IMG/VR virus record: IMGVR_UViG_3300044959_000237 | Span: 32,001 to 96,000 of that record | Length of the DNA: 64,000 nucleotides | From: a virus | Strand: one strand, 5' to 3' | Shown: piece after piece, positions 49,179 through 57,555 of the stretch | Layout: the number at the start of each line of letters is the position of its first letter | Position numbering within the stretch: position 1 is the first letter of the stretch | Program-made: the position numbers and the translations under genes | The notes under the pieces: model-generated | Told to the model about the DNA's origin: nothing | Databases searched by the model: none | Seen by the model: only the letters and a program-made list of their open reading frames with translations

Positions 49179-49206
49179 CGTCGAGTTTCCTTGCTTTATT
49201 GAAAAC

Positions 49207-49968
49207 TCAAGATTTTTTCGCTGGTAATATGAAACTCCAATTCGTGGTTTCACTCTCGTGATATATTTCCATTGCACCGATTTGTACGATCTTGATAATT
49301 ACTTTTTTATTCTTGTTTTTGTTTCCTGAAAAACAAAGTTTCATCGTGCTCAAAAATTCTACCAAAGGCCAGTACAACGGTTCATCGAACTCTACATTTA
49401 CGGTAGCAAAAGAATATTCGACACCATGCAAAAGATTGGTGTTTTTTCCTCCTATGGAAAAAATCAAATCATTTTCTTTCGTAAATGCAGAAAATCTTTT
49501 TTCGACAGAAGGAAAAATTGCTGCAAAACTCGAAAAATCATCGAATTTGTTTTCATCGACTTCGAGAATTATATCCCAATTCGGTTCTTTGAATTTCGGT
49601 TGATTTGTTATTATATCAGGATGCATGAAACGATATACTGCATTGACTTTTCCATTTTCCGAATGAAAATGCAATTCCGTAGGAATTTTATTTTTCTTGC
49701 CTTTTTCGTTTTCACTGATCAATTCGATTTCCGTGTTCAGAAAAACAGGGTGTCTTATCAGACCTTTCAACAAATTCAGATTTTTCAATCCAATTGCCGA
49801 AGAAAATTCCGGTATCGATTCTTTCGATTTTGCTTTGAGTACTATGGTTCTCGTATCGTTCATACATTCGATTTTGATGCCATTCTCTTCTGGAGTCAAA
49901 AGAACTTCGTCGGTTACGGGACTTACATAAGTAACAATATCTTCTAGAAATTTTCTTAATTGCATCAT
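49207..49968 (-). CDS. DNA polymerase sliding clamp (gp45-like)
   Basis: 253 aa immediately downstream of the polymerase; YRFM motif, C-terminal FILPA. Confidence 0.7.
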   Translation of the reverse strand: MMQLRKFLEDIVTYVSPVTDEVLLTPEENGIKIECMNDTRTIVLKAKSKESIPEFSSAIGLKNLNLLKGLIRHPVFLNTEIELISENEKGKKNKIPTELHFHSENGKVNAVYRFMHPDIITNQPKFKEPNWDIILEVDENKFDDFSSFAAIFPSVEKRFSAFTKENDLIFSIGGKNTNLLHGVEYSFATVNVEFDEPLYWPLVEFLSTMKLCFSGNKNKNKKVIIKIVQIGAMEIYHESETTNWSFILPAKKS

Positions 49969-50029
49969 GATCTCCCTTGTTCTTCTAAATCGATTTCATA
50001 TTCTATTTTCATATGGAAAAAAAATCAAA

Positions 50030-51844
50030 TTAAAATTCGAACAATTCCGACAATTCCGTATTGTCCAATATCGGATCGATGTTCCAATCTTCCAGAGCAG
50101 AGAAAAGATTTTTCAGCTTTTTGTTTACAATCGTGTTTTCCATTTCATCGGTATCCACTTGAAAATTTTTCAACCATTCCGGTAAATGTTCGATATCGAA
50201 TGGCAAAGCCAGACTTTTGATGTCATGAACATTCTTTTTAAGAAAGAAAACCAGCACTTTTGCTCCATCGACAATCTGTGAGGAAACATAGTCCCTGTAA
50301 TATTTTTTCATTTCGTTCCAATTTATGGATGCCATGACATGTCCCGGTATTCTCGGTGATTTCAATTGATCTATGTATTTTTTCAATTTGATTTTTTCTT
50401 TTTTGTCAATTGTGTTTTTCAGAAGTTTTTCATATTCGTGGATCACTTTTTCATCTTTGGATTCTTCGTACAGTTTCGTGTAAAATTCGAGTTTGTTGAC
50501 TTTTTTTGGATATCCTTTCTGCCAATCCGGCATTTTTCTGAAATCTTTTTTGAATTTTTTGATTTTCGAAAAAATATGATTCTTGTCTTTATTGGACAAA
50601 ATATCATAGAGAAGTTCTTCCAGAAACTTTTGTACAAAAATTGGTGTATCGGAACGTTTCAGTTCCAAACCCATGGCCTTGATTTCACCCAATTTACCAT
50701 TTTTGTCCAATCTTTTTCCTTCTTTGTCGAAACATAACAGGGCATATCTCTTTTTTGTAATAAAATAACCTTTGGATGCCACAATTTCTCTTGCTGCCCT
50801 TATGTTTGCAAATTCTTCCCTGACATTGAACTCGTTTTTCATGAATTCGTTGAAAGATTCGTTTACAAGTTGAGCAACTTCATCGTAAAGTTTTATCGAA
50901 TTTTCTTTGGTCCATTCGATATCCGAAAATTCTTTCAAATGATAAGCACTGAAATAAGAAGAATTGTGAACCAGAATTCTGTTTGCAAAAAACCACGGCA
51001 TCTTTTTACTGATACCAATATCGTACACATGATTGTATTCTTTTCCCAACATTACAACACTTTCGAGATACGTTTCCTGAATATCACCGGAATAATCTAC
51101 TATCAAAATGGGTTTTTCTGACATTTTTTTGAATTTTTTTTCGTCGAGAAGAATTTTCGGACTGAATTTAATCAGTCTGTTGTTTTTTTTATTCCAATAT
51201 AAAAGACTGTGATCTTCCGTAACTTTTACGGTATTTCCGCTGAGTAATTTTATTTGATAGATTTCCTTGTCTACATAATGTCGATATATATAATCGAATC
51301 CTGTTTCTGTCATGAAACAATTCTTTTTATCGAAACTGGCTACTTTCAGAAAATCGGAGCAGGCATATTCCTTGTTTTTCGAAAAATATTTTTTCTCACA
51401 AAGATCGAAAAGATCTTTTATATCTATTTCACCGACATTGGTTATGATTTTGGTATCTTCCGTAACACTGTCCGTATCTCCATACAATATTGCTTTTCCT
51501 TCGTGATCGTACTCTCCGGTCAGAATTTCGTTTATTTTTGCATTCATGTGTTTGGTAATACATCTTCCGGTCATTGTCACACTTTGTCCGATTCTGTTAT
51601 CGGCAAATTTCATATGTTGATTCAACAATGATCCATAAACGGAATTGAGTAGAATTTTCGTAGCATATTGACGAAAATCGAAGTTTTCTGCCAGAATTCT
51701 GGTTTGATTTCTGTTTTTGCTCAAAAGTTTGCCATCTTTTATTTCAAGATTGTACTTTTTCATGATTTCGCTCAGTTTTTTCAAATCTTTTTCTTTTATG
51801 ATTTCTTCGATATTCAATATATCTTCGTAACTTTCGAGATTCAT
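50030..51844 (-). CDS. family B DNA polymerase, C-terminal subunit (gp43B-like), intein-containing
   Basis: Motif B KILLNSVYG, motif C YGDTD|S, KKRYA, MGLELKRSDTP; ATG at 51844 overlaps the upstream TGA (ATGA), SD GGAG. Confidence 0.92.
   Translation of the reverse strand: MNLESYEDILNIEEIIKEKDLKKLSEIMKKYNLEIKDGKLLSKNRNQTRILAENFDFRQYATKILLNSVYGSLLNQHMKFADNRIGQSVTMTGRCITKHMNAKINEILTGEYDHEGKAILYGDTDSVTEDTKIITNVGEIDIKDLFDLCEKKYFSKNKEYACSDFLKVASFDKKNCFMTETGFDYIYRHYVDKEIYQIKLLSGNTVKVTEDHSLLYWNKKNNRLIKFSPKILLDEKKFKKMSEKPILIVDYSGDIQETYLESVVMLGKEYNHVYDIGISKKMPWFFANRILVHNSSYFSAYHLKEFSDIEWTKENSIKLYDEVAQLVNESFNEFMKNEFNVREEFANIRAAREIVASKGYFITKKRYALLCFDKEGKRLDKNGKLGEIKAMGLELKRSDTPIFVQKFLEELLYDILSNKDKNHIFSKIKKFKKDFRKMPDWQKGYPKKVNKLEFYTKLYEESKDEKVIHEYEKLLKNTIDKKEKIKLKKYIDQLKSPRIPGHVMASINWNEMKKYYRDYVSSQIVDGAKVLVFFLKKNVHDIKSLALPFDIEHLPEWLKNFQVDTDEMENTIVNKKLKNLFSALEDWNIDPILDNTELSELFEF
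50963..51469 (-). mobile_element. 169-aa mini-intein at the pol-c site
   Basis: Starts SVTEDT after YGDTD; block B VTEDHSL; block F VYDI; ends FFAN.ILVHN followed by Ser; no LAGLIDADG domain. Confidence 0.92.
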
Positions 51845-53562
51845 TGTTTCATCTTCTCCAAAATTTCTTCCGGTAACTCGAAACCGTCTTCGGACAGTTT
51901 GAAAAATATTTTTGCCAATCTCTGTAACTTTTTTCGATTTGTGAACCATTCTTCGAGAAGTATCGGAACAAGTCCTTTTTTATCCATGATGAATATGGTT
52001 CCATTTGCACTCAAACTCAGATCTTTTCCACCAAAGATCATTTCGTATATTTCTTTTGCTTTCAATTCGTAAATTTCTTTTGTATCGTTCATTTCAAGTT
52101 GCAGAATATCATCTGTCTGTAACATGATCATGTTATATTCCAGTATTCCGAACAGATCGTGCATTGCTTCCGATGCGGTTTTGCATCCTTCTTTTATTTT
52201 GTTGAGAATGAAATTATTTGTATATGTAGGCAAAACCTGAGCAAATATCTTTTCCGGACTCATATTCAAGCTTCTGATGATCGAAGGATAAAGAGAGTTT
52301 ATATCCACGCTTCCGACAAAATCATGCAGACCTTTTTTCGGATATATGACAAAAGCGCCGGCAACACTTTCATCTTTATCTTCGTTTTCACTTTCATTTT
52401 CGTCTTCGTTTTCTTCACTATCATTCGAAACAATTCGATTTGTAAAATTGACTTTTTCCCAATGATGAATGAAATCTTTGTCCGGACATACCATTTTCAA
52501 ATCGTGAGATTTTAACGTCAAAGCTTGTTCGATCAAAGAGATGCTGCCAAGAGTAGTGGGAAGTGTCACACAGTTGAGATGAGAAACGATGTTACTCAAT
52601 TCGAGATATTTTTTCTTCTGATCTATTTTGTAAAGAATCATGACGTCCTGTTTGGAATATTCGATGAATTTTCTGAAATCGTTCCTGTACAAATCATCCA
52701 ATGTTCCTTTGTATGCTACCTTCTTTTCACCAATTTCCTTTTCTCCTATGAAATCCAGTTTGTAACTTGGAACTTCTGACAATGAATGTTTCATGTACAA
52801 TTCGAGATAATCCATATGATGTCTTCCAGACAACTCATAGGTAAGAAAATCTTTGTTGAATTGTGTAAATATTCTTCTTTTCGGAGGAGGAAAATTTTCC
52901 AGACAAAGTCTTTTTATTTCATTTTCTCCTAATATTATTTTCGTTCTCTCCACAATATAAGGAATATCGTATTTTTTCGAATTCCAACCGGTCAAAACAT
53001 CAACATCTTGTATATATTTCAAAAATTCGTCGAGTAAGTTTTCTTCATTGTCGAATATGAAAACATCTTCCAATCCTTCAAGTTCCTTTTCTGCCTGTTT
53101 CCTGTTCATTGTTTTTGGATACAAAGTAAATGTCATATTATGTTTTTCATATGTTGTATATATTGAAATTGTACATATTCGGTTCGTAGGTTTTTCCGGA
53201 ACGGCAAAACCTCCATTTTCCAAATCGAATTCGACTTCGATATCGAAAAATCCTATATTCAATTCAGGAAGCTCGGAATTTCTGTAATATTTCTCCAAAA
53301 TTTTGTTTTCAATTGAAATATCACTTTCAAATGTTCGTATTCCATTCTGTCTTGTTTTTTTCAATTCGAAATAGAACTTTTTGAGATCCTTGAACTCCTT
53401 TTTTTTGGCTTTTGTTCCAAAAAGAGTATTGTACATTCCATTGTCGTCTTCATAGTAGAATTCCAAAACAGGATCGTATGTTTTTACAATTCGTTTTCTG
53501 TTTTTTCTTTCAGAAACGAAAACCTTGTTTTTTTCTTTGTCATAATGAACATCTACATACAT
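51841..53562 (-). CDS. family B DNA polymerase, N-terminal subunit (3'-5' exonuclease plus motif A; gp43A-like)
   Basis: Exo I FDIE, Exo II GWNS..YDIPY, Exo III YSKQDV, motif A DINSLYPSII. Confidence 0.92.
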   Translation of the reverse strand: MYVDVHYDKEKNKVFVSERKNRKRIVKTYDPVLEFYYEDDNGMYNTLFGTKAKKKEFKDLKKFYFELKKTRQNGIRTFESDISIENKILEKYYRNSELPELNIGFFDIEVEFDLENGGFAVPEKPTNRICTISIYTTYEKHNMTFTLYPKTMNRKQAEKELEGLEDVFIFDNEENLLDEFLKYIQDVDVLTGWNSKKYDIPYIVERTKIILGENEIKRLCLENFPPPKRRIFTQFNKDFLTYELSGRHHMDYLELYMKHSLSEVPSYKLDFIGEKEIGEKKVAYKGTLDDLYRNDFRKFIEYSKQDVMILYKIDQKKKYLELSNIVSHLNCVTLPTTLGSISLIEQALTLKSHDLKMVCPDKDFIHHWEKVNFTNRIVSNDSEENEDENESENEDKDESVAGAFVIYPKKGLHDFVGSVDINSLYPSIIRSLNMSPEKIFAQVLPTYTNNFILNKIKEGCKTASEAMHDLFGILEYNMIMLQTDDILQLEMNDTKEIYELKAKEIYEMIFGGKDLSLSANGTIFIMDKKGLVPILLEEWFTNRKKLQRLAKIFFKLSEDGFELPEEILEKMKQ

Positions 53563-53614
53563 GATTTTTTACCGATATTTCTTTAAACCGAGAATCGATT
53601 TTTTCTACTTGTGT

Positions 53615-53643
53615 ATTATATTTTTCACAAAACGGAAAATCAA
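53615..53643 (-). promoter_or_regulatory. sigma70-type promoter for the polymerase operon
   Basis: TTGATT-17 nt-TATAAT. Confidence 0.65.
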
Positions 53644-53652
53644 TAAAGGAAC

Positions 53653-53712
53653 AATTGAACTTCATTGAAATTGAAGTTCAATTTTCGAAATTTTTCGAAA
53701 ATTTTTTCGAAA
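53653..53712. repeat. 12-bp inverted repeat followed by three TTTTCGAAA units
   Basis: AATTGAACTTCA/TGAAGTTCAATT; TTTTCGAAA at 53682, 53692 and 53704. Confidence 0.6.
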
Positions 53713-53760
53713 ATTCAATAATTGAAAAATTGATTTTTTTTTTTGAAAATCTTGAAATTT

Positions 53761-55266
53761 CTAGGAAATTTTCTTTCTTTTTTTCACAACATCGTTTTCA
53801 TCTACGAAAATTATTTCGATAGGAAATCCCCACAAATCTTTCAAATTGGATAATGCCATGTAACTTTCTTTGCTCAAATCCATATTATTGTACATATTGT
53901 ATTGTAAGGTCATCACTCTGTCACCGACCAATTTGATATTTTTTACGAAAATATCGGGAAAAAACATGATTGGTGAATAATTGTTTGCAAGAGTTTTTCT
54001 TATTTCTCTGTAACCTCTTTCATTGTGTATTTTTTCCACCAGATAACTGTTTTTGGAAGAATCATCATGTATTTTTATCAATTTGTTGTCCCGAATGAAC
54101 TTTGGTGTCAGAAACTGTTGAATAAAGCTATCATCGCGATAATTTTTTACTGTATTCAAAATGACATCTTTCCAATTTTTTCCAGTCAGATAAGGAAAAT
54201 ACTCCGAATCTTCTTCTGTAGGATTTTCACAAATTCTTTTTATTTCCATGAACATATGAAAACCAAGATAGTAAGGATTGAAATTTGGATTCAAAACACC
54301 GAGATCTGGTTGATTTACAACCGCTGTATGCAAATCTATGAATTCCAACATCGAACCATCTGTAATGAGACCTTTTTCCCATAAACGATACATTATGTAA
54401 TAATGAACGAAACAAGCGAAACCTTCATTCATTACTTTGGTAAGTATTTGAGGATAGAAATATTCTGCAATTTTTCTTACAATTCTTACAATTTCTTTCT
54501 GCCAATCTTTCAGAACAAGACTGTTTTTCTCTATAACATAAAGAATATTTTCTTCATCCAAATGTTTTGTAAACTTTTCTTCCAAATTTTCATTTTTGTT
54601 TTTTTCTTTTTCCTTTTTTATCATCCAATCGGTGGTTTTTTCCATGAAATGATCATAGTTTTCTTCCAAAAGTTTTATTTTTTGTTGTAAAATATAATGT
54701 TCTTTCTGAACATTTGTTTTTTTCTTTTTTATTTTGTTGATTCCCATGAACATGAGAGAATGGCATTTGTCCAACAATTCTTCTACTTCATCACCATATT
54801 TTTCTTCACACTTTCTAATGTAATCTTTTGCAAAAGTCAAATATTGCAAAATGAAATCCGCATGAGTCTGTTCTCTGAACAAATAATTGTTCTTGAAAAA
54901 ATGATTGTGACCAAAAGCAGCATGAGCAATTACCAATAGTTGTGTCGTGGCGGTGTTGTTTTCCATCAGATAATTTATACAAGGATTGGAATTTATTACC
55001 ATTTCGTATGCCAACGGCATACCTTTTCTGAATTCTTTCTGATGTACAAGAAACTTTTTACCAAATGACCAGTGATTGTAAAATATTGGCATTCCATTGC
55101 TTGCATAAGCATCCAGCATTTGTTCACTGGTAACAATTTCTATTACGTTCGGATATGTATCCAGATTCAACTCTTCTTTAGCTATTTCTTCACATAGCTC
55201 CAATGATTTTTCTATAAACTCGAAATTCCACTCCGAACCGGTATAAAATGGTTTGTTTTTCGACAT
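53761..55266 (-). CDS. ycgB: SpoVR/YcgB family protein
   Basis: EQMLDAYAS.GMP..Y.HWSFGK, LAYEMVINSNPC, AHAAFGHNHFFKNN, TKVMNEGFA, NPYYLGF, DDSFIQQFL. Confidence 0.95.
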   Translation of the reverse strand: MSKNKPFYTGSEWNFEFIEKSLELCEEIAKEELNLDTYPNVIEIVTSEQMLDAYASNGMPIFYNHWSFGKKFLVHQKEFRKGMPLAYEMVINSNPCINYLMENNTATTQLLVIAHAAFGHNHFFKNNYLFREQTHADFILQYLTFAKDYIRKCEEKYGDEVEELLDKCHSLMFMGINKIKKKKTNVQKEHYILQQKIKLLEENYDHFMEKTTDWMIKKEKEKNKNENLEEKFTKHLDEENILYVIEKNSLVLKDWQKEIVRIVRKIAEYFYPQILTKVMNEGFACFVHYYIMYRLWEKGLITDGSMLEFIDLHTAVVNQPDLGVLNPNFNPYYLGFHMFMEIKRICENPTEEDSEYFPYLTGKNWKDVILNTVKNYRDDSFIQQFLTPKFIRDNKLIKIHDDSSKNSYLVEKIHNERGYREIRKTLANNYSPIMFFPDIFVKNIKLVGDRVMTLQYNMYNNMDLSKESYMALSNLKDLWGFPIEIIFVDENDVVKKRKKIS

Positions 55267-55290
55267 TTTACCTTACTTTTGCACATGAAA

Positions 55291-55313
55291 TATTTATCTA
55301 TCTCATATAAATA
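55291..55313. promoter_or_regulatory. back-to-back T4-late-like promoters
   Basis: ATAAATA on minus (55291-55297, toward spoVR) and TATAAATA on plus (55306-55313, toward lysozyme). Confidence 0.6.
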
Positions 55314-55346
55314 ATTGTAGATAATTTTCAATGAAAGGTCAAAAAA

Positions 55347-55784
55347 ATGAAAACAAGTAAAAAAGGATTGGAACTCATCGCCGAATTCGAAGGATTTTCA
55401 CCGACAATTTACAAGGATGTTGCAGGATATCCCACAATAGGTTTCGGTCATTTGTTGAAAGAAAACGAAGAAAAATTGTTTCAAAACGGAATTACAAAAG
55501 AACAGGCATATGAACTTTTAGCCAAAGATGTAAAAGAAGCAGAAAATGCAATAATCAAATATGTTCGTGTTCCTCTTACACAAAATCAATTCGATGCTCT
55601 TGTCTCGTTTGTTTACAATGTCGGCAGTGGAAACTTTCAGAAAAGTACTTTATTGAAAGAATTGAATGCAAAAAATTATGCAAAAGCAGCAGACGAATTT
55701 CTCAAATGGACAAAAGCAGGTGGAAAAGAATATAAGGGGTTGGTAAGAAGAAGACAGAAAGAAAGAGAACTTTTTTTGTCGTGA
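55347..55784 (+). CDS. phage lysozyme (GH24)
   Basis: FEG....YKD.AG.PTIGFGH (E-D-T triad), QNQFDALVSFVYNVG, GLVRRR..E. Confidence 0.95.
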   Translation: MKTSKKGLELIAEFEGFSPTIYKDVAGYPTIGFGHLLKENEEKLFQNGITKEQAYELLAKDVKEAENAIIKYVRVPLTQNQFDALVSFVYNVGSGNFQKSTLLKELNAKNYAKAADEFLKWTKAGGKEYKGLVRRRQKERELFLS

Positions 55785-55790
55785 TTGTTT

Positions 55791-56135
55791 TTACTTTCTG
55801 AATACAATTTGATATTCGACACCATCGACAGTAAAGTTGTACAGCTGTCCATCAGCAGATAGAGTATTTTCCAAAATTGGATTCCCTGGTGCAAAAACCA
55901 ATGCAGTTGTCGGTGTTGTAATCAAATTGACCGGGAAAGTACTTCCTTGAATCAAAAAGTTTGCACTTGCAACTTCCATTATGACTTTATTGACAACATC
56001 TGAACTTACAATAGTATACGTAGTTTCACTTGTAACGAATATTTCTACATATGGAGCGTTATTGTACAACCAAGATCCTCTTGAAGGAAAAATTTCCAAA
56101 CTTGAAAATTTTTTGAAATGACCTTTCAATATCAT
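55791..56135 (-). CDS. probable virion structural protein
   Basis: Thr/Val-rich 114 aa; SD GGGAG; TATAAATA upstream. Confidence 0.55.
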   Translation of the reverse strand: MILKGHFKKFSSLEIFPSRGSWLYNNAPYVEIFVTSETTYTIVSSDVVNKVIMEVASANFLIQGSTFPVNLITTPTTALVFAPGNPILENTLSADGQLYNFTVDGVEYQIVFRK

Positions 56136-56178
56136 GATTGTTATTCTCCCTGTTCTTTATATTTTAATTGATCATTTT

Positions 56179-56186
56179 TATTTATA
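56179..56186 (-). promoter_or_regulatory. T4-late-type promoter TATAAATA
   Basis: Exact consensus 44 nt upstream of the 56135 ATG. Confidence 0.6.
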
Positions 56187-56357
56187 TTCAATTAAAATAA
56201 AAAAATTCTCTAACAAGATTGAAATCTTCTATTATCACAAAAAAAATATTCTATTGGAACACGAAGCAAAGTTGAAATTTGTGAACTTTTCAATAGAAAT
56301 ATACAAATATTTATGTATTTTTGCATATCATTTGTCGAAATACCATGACTTGTTTCG

Positions 56358-56729
56358 TCATGTTTTTCCTCTTTTCAGAATACTCAATTTCATTTCCAGT
56401 TTTTTACAATGTTTTTCCAAAGTTTTTTCAATATGTCGTAATCCGTCGAGAGGATTACATTTACCACATGTGTATATGTCGATTGCCATGAAATTGTGTT
56501 CTGGCCAAGTATGTATCGAAATGTGACTTTCAGCCAAACCCACTATACATGTATAACCATTGTTTTCGAAACAGTGATCGTTCACAAACAAAACAGTTGC
56601 CTCCATTTTCTTCGCAGCATCGACAAGCAAATTTCTGATATATGAAAAATCATTGAAAATATTTTCACTGATTTCATGCATCCATATATCAGAAATTACA
56701 TGAGTTCCGTAATCAATGACTCGATTCAT
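56358..56729 (-). CDS. speD: S-adenosylmethionine decarboxylase proenzyme
   Basis: G.H, LAESHISIHTWPE (pyruvoyl cleavage site), DIYTCG. Confidence 0.92.
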   Translation of the reverse strand: MNRVIDYGTHVISDIWMHEISENIFNDFSYIRNLLVDAAKKMEATVLFVNDHCFENNGYTCIVGLAESHISIHTWPEHNFMAIDIYTCGKCNPLDGLRHIEKTLEKHCKKLEMKLSILKRGKT

Positions 56730-56754
56730 TCTTTTTTACCCTCGATTTCTCTTC

Positions 56755-57108
56755 TTATTTGACATTCTTTACAACACTATATATGTATTTTTTCCAGACT
56801 TGATATATGTTCTTGACCTCGATTTTCTCTTCCATGACAAATTTGCTTTCATTTTCATCGAGTATTTTGATGTAGAAATTTTTGTGCCATGGAAATTTTC
56901 TGTTGAATTCAACTATGTCTTCCAAGATCAATTTTTTGTTATTGATTGTCATTTCGATTATGGCATGACATTCCGTTCCGAGATCATGACCATTGCAAAG
57001 AAGCTCGATACTTTTTATACAATACAGTTCTTTTACATTGATTTTGAAATGTTTTACAATCGAGTCGAAAATATCGAAAATAGACTTTTTCGTTATCTGA
57101 TATTTCAT
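56755..57108 (-). CDS. hypothetical protein
   Basis: 117-aa ORF. Confidence 0.55.
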   Translation of the reverse strand: MKYQITKKSIFDIFDSIVKHFKINVKELYCIKSIELLCNGHDLGTECHAIIEMTINNKKLILEDIVEFNRKFPWHKNFYIKILDENESKFVMEEKIEVKNIYQVWKKYIYSVVKNVK

Positions 57109-57241
57109 GTTTTTCCGTTCCGAAATTTTTCTGGAAAATTATACGAGTTCGAAATCGTTTGTCAACGGAAAAAAAAACATTGACAAATTCGATGCGAAAG
57201 CTTACAAATGAAAATAACAGGAGTAACTTGAAAGTAAAATC

Positions 57242-57532
57242 ATGCCACTTGTTCGAGACTATTCGAAATTTGAAAAAAATCTGATCGAAGCCAGAAATAT
57301 CATCGTTGAACAACAGAATCTTATTGTGAAAATTTACAACAGCAAAAAAGAAAAACGTGGCATTTTGAAAAAGTTCGACAATCTCAACAGAAAAATCGAA
57401 GAACTCAGAAAAATTTACAATGAAATAATCATTTTCATCAAAACCAAGAAAAGTGAAGATCTGATTGAAAACAAACTCGAAGAATTCAACAGAATTCGTG
57501 AGCAGATCGAGTTCGACATTCTCACTCTTTGA
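57242..57532 (+). CDS. coiled-coil hypothetical protein
   Basis: 96-aa ORF. Confidence 0.5.
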   Translation: MPLVRDYSKFEKNLIEARNIIVEQQNLIVKIYNSKKEKRGILKKFDNLNRKIEELRKIYNEIIIFIKTKKSEDLIENKLEEFNRIREQIEFDILTL

Positions 57533-57555
57533 ATATAAAATCGAAAAAAAAACAA

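Noticed and set aside
51841-51949. Programmed frameshift, intron or split intein joining the two polymerase ORFs
   Set aside because: No slippery site, intron core or intein halves at the junction; the ATGA overlap with an SD fits translational coupling better
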